From: a virus
Lineage: Duplodnaviria > Caudoviricetes
Virus record (IMG/VR): IMGVR_UViG_3300017780_007189
Span: 1 to 44,134 of that record
Strand: one strand, 5' to 3'
Length of the DNA stretch: 44,134 bases
This document shows positions 8,595 through 16,755 of the stretch, piece by piece; within the stretch, counting starts at the first letter, position 1, and every line of letters begins with the position of its first letter. The translations under genes were made by a program, and so were the position numbers. The notes under the pieces are model-generated. The model had not been told where the DNA came from. It saw only the letters and a program-made list of their open reading frames with translations, and ran no database searches.

Positions 8595-9566
8595 ATGAAA
8601 ACATTTACCCAATTTATAGCTGAAGCTGTGATTTCTGCATCTGGAATGGACGCAGCTAGGCATGTCAAGAAATACGTAACTCCTTACTTGCCTGGTGGTG
8701 AGAAGCACTCCAAACAAGGAACACATACGATAGCTGATTCAGGTGAGTCTGTTGTTCTTCATTCCCATCAAGTAGAAGATGGAAAACACTCGGTTACTAT
8801 TTCAAAAGTTGGATCGAGACAAAAAACAACAGTTCCAGTTAATAAATTAAATAAGCCTGGTACTAAGTCAGAAAACAAAGGTCACCAGTACGAAACACAA
8901 ACATTTGAAAGATTTAAGCAGCATGGATTAGTTCCTGCAGGTCACAAACCAGCTGGCTCTACTGCTGGTACAGATGTCCCTATTCTCAATAAGAAGAAAA
9001 AAGAAGTTCATCAAGGATCTATTGTAGGTACTGTTCACTCTGGTGAAGTCAAGCTCGGTACTTCTGCAGCATTTGGCCAGTTGACTATTCACCACGACCC
9101 AGAAAAGGGTGGATGGCATGTACCTGATAAAGCAAGACAAAACAGACCCCAGTATGCCAGTGAGATTGAGAAGGCTGGTATCATTGAGCACTTGAATAAA
9201 ACACATAACCCAAGCAAAAAAGGTCAAGTGACAACAACAGCAAGTGGTAAGGCTAAAAATGTTGTTATGGGTCATCCTAACCTCCATCCAGCAGAAGCTT
9301 ATTTGAAAGATCATGGCGTTCATGTATTACAAGTTGGTGAAGGCCACGGAACCTATCGTGTTGGTAATAAGGATGTCACGGGTCACCGCTTACCAAGAAT
9401 GTCAGGCTCTGGTACGTGGACTGTTCGTCAAAAGACATCTAATCCTTCACACAGAACAATCATGTTCCAGCCTGCTGGTAAAAAAGGACTCACACCTAGT
9501 CATGTAAACTTGGATAATGATGAACATATGAGTAGCTTTAAGAAGACTCTAGGGTATGAAGAGTAA
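8595..9566 (+). CDS. Capsid-targeted PD-(D/E)xK (restriction-endonuclease-fold) nuclease-like protein
   Basis: N-terminus MKTFTQFIAE (compare T4 IPIII MKTYQEFIAE). GHQYE...GTDV...GEVK...FGQ pattern. Confidence 0.6.
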   Translation: MKTFTQFIAEAVISASGMDAARHVKKYVTPYLPGGEKHSKQGTHTIADSGESVVLHSHQVEDGKHSVTISKVGSRQKTTVPVNKLNKPGTKSENKGHQYETQTFERFKQHGLVPAGHKPAGSTAGTDVPILNKKKKEVHQGSIVGTVHSGEVKLGTSAAFGQLTIHHDPEKGGWHVPDKARQNRPQYASEIEKAGIIEHLNKTHNPSKKGQVTTTASGKAKNVVMGHPNLHPAEAYLKDHGVHVLQVGEGHGTYRVGNKDVTGHRLPRMSGSGTWTVRQKTSNPSHRTIMFQPAGKKGLTPSHVNLDNDEHMSSFKKTLGYEE

Positions 9567-10063
9567 TGCGTCACATCTTCGCACTATTAGCTGAGTCTGC
9601 TGCCAATGAAGAAAAGCTCATGCATCTTGAGCATGCAGAAGACCATATTGTCAATGCTGGCTCTGCTGGTTACAAACATGCAGTCAATACTCTCAGTGCT
9701 GTTCATAAGACACTTACAGGTCAAAAAGGTGGTGCTTCTATTACTGAGAAGTATGATGGATGTATTAGTGGTGATACTGAAATATTGATGGACGATGGGA
9801 CTTATAAAACTATAGAACAAATAACAACTGAATGGAGTGTAGCCTCTCCATGTAAAGTCATTGGTTGGGATTTTGAAAACAACTCACACACTTCTGCAAA
9901 AGTTATTGACAAAAATGTCAATATTGGAGAGAAAGATTGGGTTATAGTTGAAACCGAACAAGGAACAATTACTTGTACCCACGATCATGAATTTTTTGTT
10001 GAGGAAAAAGGATGGGTTCAGGCCAGCCTTCTCAATCAAGATGATACACTGAAGTCCATATAA
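9566..10063 (+). CDS. N-extein (65 aa, ends TEKYDG) of a ligase-like nucleotidyltransferase fused to the N-half of a split intein (100 aa)
   Basis: Cys1 at 9761 (CISGDTEI, block A), block B TCTHDHEFF and a WVQASLLNQDD end; then a stop codon. Confidence 0.9.
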   Translation: MRHIFALLAESAANEEKLMHLEHAEDHIVNAGSAGYKHAVNTLSAVHKTLTGQKGGASITEKYDGCISGDTEILMDDGTYKTIEQITTEWSVASPCKVIGWDFENNSHTSAKVIDKNVNIGEKDWVIVETEQGTITCTHDHEFFVEEKGWVQASLLNQDDTLKSI

Positions 10064-10064
10064 T

Positions 10065-10100
10065 TATAAATACGAGAGGCACCATCGTATTTTATAGGAG
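10065..10100 (+). promoter_or_regulatory. Late promoter embedded in a hairpin next to the endonuclease RBS
   Basis: TATAAATA at 10065-10072. TATAAATACGA pairs with TCGTATTTTATA (10085-10096), directly before GGAG. Confidence 0.75.
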
Positions 10101-10105
10101 ATCAT

Positions 10106-10777
10106 ATGGTCGACACAGTATCAGCTAGAAGGAGAGATCAGCAAACCCTAAACCAGTATCGCGATGATATAGTTGAGAGGTATAAAAACACACATAACGT
10201 TAGTTTGTTGTTGAGAGAATTTGATATATCAAGAAACTGTCTACAGAAACTGTTTAAGGATGTTGGTATATATGAACCAAGTAGTATTCTTTCGAGGAAA
10301 GCACGGGCCTCGGCTATCAAGGTATCTATGCAAGACAAGTACGGCATTGACAATCCAGGCCAATTTCAATCTCAGAAAAATGCATTACAAGTTAGAAATG
10401 GCTATCATAAGACATATTTACAGATTAATGAAGATTTTAAAGAGTACAGTAAGGAAGTTGATTATATTACTAATAAAAACAAAAAATATATAATTGATTC
10501 TCATTATTGCTTTTACACAGGAATAAAGTTTATTGACTATATAAATGAAACTGTTAATCCTAATGATCCTTTGAAAAGAACAATCGATCATAAATTATCT
10601 AAACTTGACGGGTTCTACGGTAATACATCACCTGAGATAATTGGCTCTAAAATTAATTTAGTTTATTGTCTTAGATATTGTAATTCCATCAAAGGCAATA
10701 TGAGTGTAGATTCTTTTCAGCTTTATGCTAAACAAATTAGAGAAAGATTAATAAATGAAGGTTGTCAGAGTAACTAA
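10106..10777 (+). CDS. Free-standing HNH-like endonuclease between the intein halves
   Basis: N-terminal HTH-like segment; C-terminal CFYTG...RTIDHKLS...NLVYCLRYCNSIKG. Confidence 0.8.
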   Translation: MVDTVSARRRDQQTLNQYRDDIVERYKNTHNVSLLLREFDISRNCLQKLFKDVGIYEPSSILSRKARASAIKVSMQDKYGIDNPGQFQSQKNALQVRNGYHKTYLQINEDFKEYSKEVDYITNKNKKYIIDSHYCFYTGIKFIDYINETVNPNDPLKRTIDHKLSKLDGFYGNTSPEIIGSKINLVYCLRYCNSIKGNMSVDSFQLYAKQIRERLINEGCQSN

Positions 10778-11834
10778 AATAACATCAAGACCAATTAGTT
10801 TTGATATAACAACTACATCCTCTAATTTTTTTATTAGACAAGGTAATAGTAATGTATTGATTCACAATAGCCCAAGTGTTGTGTTTGGCCATCACCCTGC
10901 TACTGGCCAGTTCTTTGTATCGACTAAGTCTGCATTTAACAAAGAACCAAAGATCAACTACACTCACGAAGATATTGAAAACAACCATGGACATGCTCCT
11001 GGTTTAGTTTCTAATCTCAAGAAAGCACTAGATCATCTTCCTAAAATTACACCTAAGTCTGGTGTATTTCAAGGTGACTTGATGCATCATGCTAGTAGTG
11101 TAGAGAAAGCTGGTAACAAGCTAAACTTCAAACCTAATACAATTACATACACTGCTCACCAACATTCTGATGAGGGTAAAAAGCTTGCTGCATCTAGTCT
11201 TGGAGTTGCTGTTCATACTGGTTACGATGGTAAAGACATTACATCGATGAAAGCCAACTATACACCTGACTTATCCAAATTCAAACAACATCCTGATGTT
11301 CATGCTATTGATGTTGGTGTAGATATGAGTAAGGTTCATTACCCAACATCAAAGCAAGCTGACTTCAAAGAACATATGGCAGAGGCTGACAGGGTTGCAA
11401 GAACAATCAAGCCAGCAGAATATAAAAAGGTTGAACCACATACTGAACATCTGAAGACATACATTAACAGAACAGTTAGAGAAAGCACAACTCCTAATGC
11501 TCACGATTTCTATTCCCATGTCAAAGAAGCACATGAGAAAGAGATCAAAAAAGTCAAGATGCCAAAGACAATCGAAGCAAAGACTAACGCAATGAATACT
11601 CAACTTGGCCATGTAAGAGCCAACTCAGATTCTATTGATAAGGTTCTTCAGGTTCATCGTCACCTGCAAGCTGCAAAGAATGTTCATAATGAAGCTCTTT
11701 CACCTGCTCAGAAGTTTGAGACATCTATCAAAGGTACTCCAACAAAAGGAGAAGGGTTTGTTGCTGTTGTAAATAATAGGCCAACTAAGATTGTTGATAG
11801 AGCAGAGTTCAGTAGACAAAACTTTCTAAGGTAA
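10755..11834 (+). CDS. C-half of the split intein (38 aa) fused to the C-extein (321 aa) of a ligase-like nucleotidyltransferase
   Basis: MKVVRVTK...SFDITT...NFF...LIHN|S. The extein has STKS, FQGDLM, EGFV and KIVDR motifs. Confidence 0.9.
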   Translation: MKVVRVTKITSRPISFDITTTSSNFFIRQGNSNVLIHNSPSVVFGHHPATGQFFVSTKSAFNKEPKINYTHEDIENNHGHAPGLVSNLKKALDHLPKITPKSGVFQGDLMHHASSVEKAGNKLNFKPNTITYTAHQHSDEGKKLAASSLGVAVHTGYDGKDITSMKANYTPDLSKFKQHPDVHAIDVGVDMSKVHYPTSKQADFKEHMAEADRVARTIKPAEYKKVEPHTEHLKTYINRTVRESTTPNAHDFYSHVKEAHEKEIKKVKMPKTIEAKTNAMNTQLGHVRANSDSIDKVLQVHRHLQAAKNVHNEALSPAQKFETSIKGTPTKGEGFVAVVNNRPTKIVDRAEFSRQNFLR

Positions 11835-11837
11835 TAA

Positions 11838-12449
11838 ATGTTATCATTCAATAAATTTCTCGCAGAAGAAAAACTAAAGACAACTGTGATGGCATTCGGA
11901 AGAATGAATCCACCAACAGCAGGCCATGAGAAACTTGTAAACAAGGTCAAGGAAGTTGCTGATAAGCACAACGGTGATCATGTTGTTGTTCTTAGCCATA
12001 GTCAAGATGCCAAGAAGAATCCACTGAGCCCAGAAGCAAAAGTAACACATGCAAAGAACTTGTTTCCTGGTACAACTGTCAAATCTTCAAGTAAAGAGCA
12101 TCCAACATTCTTGCATCAGGCATCCGAGCTACATAAGAGTGGAACAGAGCATCTTGTGATGGTTGCTGGATCAGATAGAGTAAAAGAATATAAAGATAAG
12201 CTGCATCAGTATAATGGTCAAACTGGTAGTCATGGTCACTTTGACTTCAAGAAGATATCAGTTGTATCAGCTGGTGCAAGAGACCCGGATGCAGAAGGTG
12301 TTGAAGGAATGTCTGCATCTAAGATGAGAGAGCACGCATCAACTGGTAACTATGGTAAGTTCAAAGAAGGACTTCCCAGTGGTACAAAAGAAGTTCACGC
12401 AAAGCAGTTGTATAACGATGTCCGTAAAGGGATGAATGTAAAGGATTAG
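11838..12449 (+). CDS. Cytidyltransferase-like (HxGH-superfamily, NMNAT-like) nucleotidyltransferase with capsid-targeting leader
   Basis: FGRMNPPTAGH, KNPL, VAGSDR, MSASKMR; leader MLSFNKFLAEE. Confidence 0.85.
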   Translation: MLSFNKFLAEEKLKTTVMAFGRMNPPTAGHEKLVNKVKEVADKHNGDHVVVLSHSQDAKKNPLSPEAKVTHAKNLFPGTTVKSSSKEHPTFLHQASELHKSGTEHLVMVAGSDRVKEYKDKLHQYNGQTGSHGHFDFKKISVVSAGARDPDAEGVEGMSASKMREHASTGNYGKFKEGLPSGTKEVHAKQLYNDVRKGMNVKD

Positions 12450-12450
12450 T

Positions 12451-13104
12451 ATGAAAATATTCGATGAGAAAGTGAAAGTGAGAGAAGACAATATTGATGG
12501 TATATCTCACTGGATGTGGCCAAAGACAGATACCGGTGCATGGGACGGTCCAAGTGCAGAATGGGTTCGCTCTCATAAAGATGGATACCTGAAACACTGC
12601 AAGAAGTTTGATGTAGTTGTTCAGGCTGGAGGTAACTGTGGTCTATATCCAATGCTATTCTCACAATATTTTACAAGAGTTTATACGTTCGAACCAGACC
12701 CGCTGAACTTCCATTGTCTTGTTAATAATTGCCAATCTCCTAACATCTACAAGATCAATGCTGCATTAGGTGAAAGGAATAAACTTCTCCACGTGTTTAA
12801 TGGTAACGAAGGGAATGTAGGCTGTCACACTGTTGGGGAAGATGGAAACAAGTATGGAACTAAAACCTCTTTTATTCCTACGTTTACAGTTGATCAACTA
12901 GCACTAGACACTTGTGATTTGATTCAGTTGGACTGTGAAGGTTACGAGCCAAATATTATTGTTGGCGCACTAGAAACAATTGAAAAATTCAAACCTGTGA
13001 TATCTTTAGAGACTACAAACGGTGAGACAGAATCAATTCTTAGCCAGTTTGGATATACTCATAAACTTACTGTAGGATCAGATAAAATATTCGCAGTTGA
13101 TTAA
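12451..13104 (+). CDS. FkbM-family SAM-dependent methyltransferase
   Basis: VVQAGGNCG, YTFEP, NAALG, LIQLDCEGYE, KPVISLE. Confidence 0.85.
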   Translation: MKIFDEKVKVREDNIDGISHWMWPKTDTGAWDGPSAEWVRSHKDGYLKHCKKFDVVVQAGGNCGLYPMLFSQYFTRVYTFEPDPLNFHCLVNNCQSPNIYKINAALGERNKLLHVFNGNEGNVGCHTVGEDGNKYGTKTSFIPTFTVDQLALDTCDLIQLDCEGYEPNIIVGALETIEKFKPVISLETTNGETESILSQFGYTHKLTVGSDKIFAVD

Positions 13105-13106
13105 CT

Positions 13107-13114
13107 TATAAATA
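13107..13114 (+). promoter_or_regulatory. T4-type late promoter
   Basis: Exact TATAAATA in the intergenic gap. Confidence 0.8.
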
Positions 13115-13161
13115 TATTATTCACTAGCAGTCAAACGGCCTAGGTAAACCTGCAGAAACAT

Positions 13162-14550
13162 ATGAAAAAAGAAGAAGATCAGTCAACATCACCAGCTACA
13201 ATCGCCGCCCGTGCGAAAAAAGGACTAGCTTTAGCTACCGGAAACCCGTTAGACAAGATAGTTGTTGGTCCTCCCCAAGTGGACAAGAAACTAGTTCAAT
13301 CAGAAGAAACACTTATTGAACGCGTCGTCAGTATGATGCAAAGACGCAAAAGAGCTTTGCAAATGAAGCGCAGTAAGCCAAGAATCAATCGCGCTCGAAA
13401 TATCAAAAAAACAAGACTAGCAACTCAAGATCAGTTAATGCGCCGTGCAATGCGTATGGCTAAGACTATGTTGAGAAAGAGAGCTGCTGGTGCAAGGGGT
13501 GCTAATTACAGTAACCTATCTCCTGCACAGAAGATGAATATTGACAGACAGATAGAGCCTAGAACCAAAAACCTCAAGGCAATGGCAACAAGATTAATGC
13601 CTAGAGTTAAAGCTGGTGAGATGAAAAGACTCAATGCTGTTAGAACTCACAAATCTACCAAAGGTGTTTACGGTAATGTGCAAAATCTTGCACAGAGCTA
13701 TCAGCCAGTAATTTTCAGTAAGCTACTAGGTGAAAAGGTATCTAGTGAAGACCTAAACGCAATGTTCTCGATGTATGAAGGTAAGATACTTTCAGCTGTA
13801 ACAGCTCCAATTAGATTGGCAGCTAAAACCGTTGCTACAGGTGGACTTGTCGCTCACGCATTATCCAAACCAGAAAATTTTGCTTTTGATGTAGGAACTT
13901 TAGCTGCTTATGGTATCAAGAAACTTTCAGGACTCGGTAAAGATGACCCTGATAAAGAGAAAAAAGAAAAGTCTGACAAATACTCTGATAAGATGAATCA
14001 ACAATCTTTGATTCAGTCAAGAGAGAGAACAAAGCAAGCTCAGTTGAAAACTAAGCAGATGCAGCAAAAGCCTTCAAAAAATATTGTTGCTCATAAAGAA
14101 TGGGATTACGAGACCTACTTACAAGAGAAGGCTGCACAACATCTCCAGAAGAAGGCAGATAAATACGGAGCATCATTAGAAGAAGTCATAAACGTATTTG
14201 AGCAAGGCCTTGCTGACTATGTTCAGAATGATAGAAACTCTCCTCACCAGTTCGCAATGCAGCGCGTTAATTCGTATTTAACAACTAGTATGGGTGGACT
14301 TAAGAGTCTTGATGAGAGTTTCATAGTAGATCGTGCATCTGGTTACAGTGGTGTATACACAGCAAAGGATCTTGGGATCAAGATACAAGGTGGATTCGCA
14401 TTTCATCCTTCTGTTGAAGAAGGCATTGGTGCAGGATTCGAAGGCACAAGTCAGCTAACCAATAAATATAAGAAAGACACACCTGGTGAAGCTGTTGAAG
14501 CTTTTGCTAGAATGATGAGAGCCAAAAGAAAGGCAAACACTCCATGTTAA
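13162..14550 (+). CDS. Basic multi-module protein, putative processed internal head protein
   Basis: Lys/Arg-rich modules separated by hydrophobic-X-E sites (TLIE, LLGE, SMYE, YLQE, SLDE, SVEE). Confidence 0.6.
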   Translation: MKKEEDQSTSPATIAARAKKGLALATGNPLDKIVVGPPQVDKKLVQSEETLIERVVSMMQRRKRALQMKRSKPRINRARNIKKTRLATQDQLMRRAMRMAKTMLRKRAAGARGANYSNLSPAQKMNIDRQIEPRTKNLKAMATRLMPRVKAGEMKRLNAVRTHKSTKGVYGNVQNLAQSYQPVIFSKLLGEKVSSEDLNAMFSMYEGKILSAVTAPIRLAAKTVATGGLVAHALSKPENFAFDVGTLAAYGIKKLSGLGKDDPDKEKKEKSDKYSDKMNQQSLIQSRERTKQAQLKTKQMQQKPSKNIVAHKEWDYETYLQEKAAQHLQKKADKYGASLEEVINVFEQGLADYVQNDRNSPHQFAMQRVNSYLTTSMGGLKSLDESFIVDRASGYSGVYTAKDLGIKIQGGFAFHPSVEEGIGAGFEGTSQLTNKYKKDTPGEAVEAFARMMRAKRKANTPC

Positions 14551-14810
14551 GTTTCTTACAATTTATTACTGAGGCAGAGTATCAGGGACGTGAAGTATCT
14601 CTTAATAAACCAATGGCTGGTGATGTGAAGAAGTCTAAGGTGTTTGTTAAGAATGATTCAGGTAACGTTGTCAAAGTAAACTTTGGCGATAAGAATATGA
14701 CTATCAAAAAGAATATTCCTGCAAGACGCCGTAGTTTCAGGGCAAGACACAATTGCGATGATCCTGGTCCAAAGACAAAAGCAAGATATTGGTCTTGCAA
14801 GGCTTGGTAA
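14544..14810 (+). CDS. Small basic putative internal head protein
   Basis: Leader MLSFLQFITEAE; motif KVNFGD...RRSFRARHNC...ARYWSCKAW. Confidence 0.7.
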   Translation: MLSFLQFITEAEYQGREVSLNKPMAGDVKKSKVFVKNDSGNVVKVNFGDKNMTIKKNIPARRRSFRARHNCDDPGPKTKARYWSCKAW

Positions 14811-14816
14811 AAAACA

Positions 14817-15389
14817 ATGAATCAATATAGGTCGTTAGAAAATAGAATCAGAGATGTTGTTCGATTGTCGCGTGCTGGATTACGTGAAGGAAGAGAACAA
14901 ATAGAAAAAGATTCTAGTGAACAAATTGTTGCTGGTACATATAAAACCAAACACTTTGAAGTTTGTCCTGGTGCTCAGAAAGTATTTTCATCTCTTCCAA
15001 GAGATACCAATTCTGATCATGCAGAGAAGGCAGCAATATTACATGATCAATTATTTGGTTTGGAAAAACAAGTTATCTCTAAAGAGAGAAGTACTGATTC
15101 AGATATCGAAGAAGCCGGTCAGATAATAGATAAGATAAGAATATTTGCTGACAAGATGGGTATTTCTGATAAAGTCAATTATCTTGACGATCATATGAAG
15201 ATTATTCAAAAATACCGTGAGGATGATGGTAGGGTGGTAGATAAAGTTACAGATAACGAGATGAAAAGACTTCAATCACCACCTGCAAGTGATACAAAAG
15301 AGAAACATGCAAAACATACCGATAGTCTCAGCGCAGCAGGATTCAACCTCAAGGCTCAGAGAAAACTAAAGATTATAGATTCAGATTAA
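14817..15389 (+). CDS. Hypothetical protein (internal-protein cluster)
   Basis: 190 aa ORF in the operon; possible processing site LRE. Confidence 0.7.
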   Translation: MNQYRSLENRIRDVVRLSRAGLREGREQIEKDSSEQIVAGTYKTKHFEVCPGAQKVFSSLPRDTNSDHAEKAAILHDQLFGLEKQVISKERSTDSDIEEAGQIIDKIRIFADKMGISDKVNYLDDHMKIIQKYREDDGRVVDKVTDNEMKRLQSPPASDTKEKHAKHTDSLSAAGFNLKAQRKLKIIDSD

Positions 15390-15414
15390 CAAAAACTAAA
15401 ACTAGGAACAAGAA

Positions 15415-16755
15415 ATGAAATCAATTTACGAATCAGCAAAAGAAGTTATGGAAGCTGCTAGAGGAGGTGCTTTACCTAATCAACCAAACTTTCTAGATAG
15501 ACTTTCTAATGCTCTGAGTCCTTCTGCAAATAGAAAAATAGCAGAGGCAGAAGTTGCAAGTAATAAAGAAAAAATTGCAAGTAACACGTTGGCTGCTGCT
15601 AATACAAAAGCCAAAGAACAAAATGCCAGTAATGCACTTGCTGCAGCCAATTCAAAAGTTAAAATACAAGCCTCAGTAACACCAGCCAAGCCAGCTGCTA
15701 AGCCAGCTCAAGCAACAATGGCTGCCGGTCCTAGCCAAGACAAACTTAATGCAGTACAACGTAGTGCAGAGAAGTCTGGTCCTGATACAGATACTATGAA
15801 GAAGGGTATTGCTGCTAGTTCACCAGCTATGAGCTCTGTTAATACTACTAATAGACAAGCAGCTGCTGATAAGCCAGTTGAAGCTCCAACAGCAAGTGGA
15901 TCAGGTAGTAGTTCTTATACTAGCTCAGCAGGTAAAGCAGATAATAATCCAGTTGAAAAACATAGTAGTAGTTCTTATACTAGCTCAGCTGGTAATGCAG
16001 ATAATAATCCAGTAGAGAAACCACAAGCATCAGCAACACCAGCTCCTGCTGCAGATAATACAGTTAAGAGTGGTTCGGGTGGAACAGTTACAACAAGTGA
16101 TGGTTCCCCATTGAAGACTCGTACAGATGACGAAATTGCAAAACAAAATAAAAAAGGAAGAGGCGCAGCTATGGAATCCGTTAATAAGAAATTTAATATA
16201 ACTAATGCACTTTATCAGTCCGTAATGGAAGTAATGAAGGGTGGTAAGGAAGGATCAGTTCCTCGTAATGAGAAAGAAAAAGACCTTGCAAAGTTTCACG
16301 GAGATCCAAAGCGTATTACTCACGGTGATGTTCTCAAAGCACGCGGTGTGACCAAAGAAGAAGCAGAGCCTGTAGAAGAAGGTATGGGATCTGCTGCTAA
16401 GTCCATGGCTAAGAAAGTTCTCAGTAAACTTGGTGGTGGCTCTGATGAAGATCAACTTAAAAATCTTCAAAAGAAGATGGGTATGCCTCAGACTGGCAAG
16501 AAGCCAATGAAAGAAAACAAAGACACACCAGGAAATAGTTACGAACATCAGTGTGCTATTCACGTCAAGAGTGAAACATTTGGTGAAGGCCGTACAATTA
16601 CTACTCAACATGCTAGTCCAGATGCAGATGGCAACATTGCATGGTATGATGTTATGTTTGAACACGGAATTGAGAAGCAAGTTCCAACAAGCGCTTTAGA
16701 GATTCTTGTGTCTGAAATGCACATGCACTCTAAGAAGAAAAAGAAAATAATGTAA
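15415..16755 (+). CDS. Low-complexity Ala/Ser/Lys-rich protein, putative processed internal protein
   Basis: SD AGGA. Leader SIYESAKEVME recurs internally as ALYQSVMEVMK. Small C-terminal beta domain (H-C-H...WYDVMFEHG). Confidence 0.65.
   Translation: MKSIYESAKEVMEAARGGALPNQPNFLDRLSNALSPSANRKIAEAEVASNKEKIASNTLAAANTKAKEQNASNALAAANSKVKIQASVTPAKPAAKPAQATMAAGPSQDKLNAVQRSAEKSGPDTDTMKKGIAASSPAMSSVNTTNRQAAADKPVEAPTASGSGSSSYTSSAGKADNNPVEKHSSSSYTSSAGNADNNPVEKPQASATPAPAADNTVKSGSGGTVTTSDGSPLKTRTDDEIAKQNKKGRGAAMESVNKKFNITNALYQSVMEVMKGGKEGSVPRNEKEKDLAKFHGDPKRITHGDVLKARGVTKEEAEPVEEGMGSAAKSMAKKVLSKLGGGSDEDQLKNLQKKMGMPQTGKKPMKENKDTPGNSYEHQCAIHVKSETFGEGRTITTQHASPDADGNIAWYDVMFEHGIEKQVPTSALEILVSEMHMHSKKKKKIM
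15905..16020 (+). repeat. 60 bp in-frame tandem duplication (2 copies)
   Basis: GTAGTAGTTCTTATACTAGCTCAGC...GCAGATAATAATCCAGT recurs at a 60 bp period and encodes SSSYTSSAG(K/N)ADNNPVEK. Confidence 0.95.

Larger units (their letters stand above)
9761..10868 (+). mobile_element. Split intein plus free-standing endonuclease element (IntN 9761-10063, HNH gene, IntC 10755-10868)
   Basis: Removing the element joins KYDG to SPSVVFG. Canonical Cys1, TxxH, block F Asp, His-Asn and +1 Ser are present. Confidence 0.9.

Noticed and set aside
9761-10868. A contiguous intein broken by assembly errors
   Set aside because: The middle ORF has its own late promoter, hairpin, SD and stop, and IntC begins with a typical MK-hydrophobic start. 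This looks like an organised split.
15905-16020. CRISPR-like array
   Set aside because: Only two in-frame coding copies, with no unique spacers and no cas genes.
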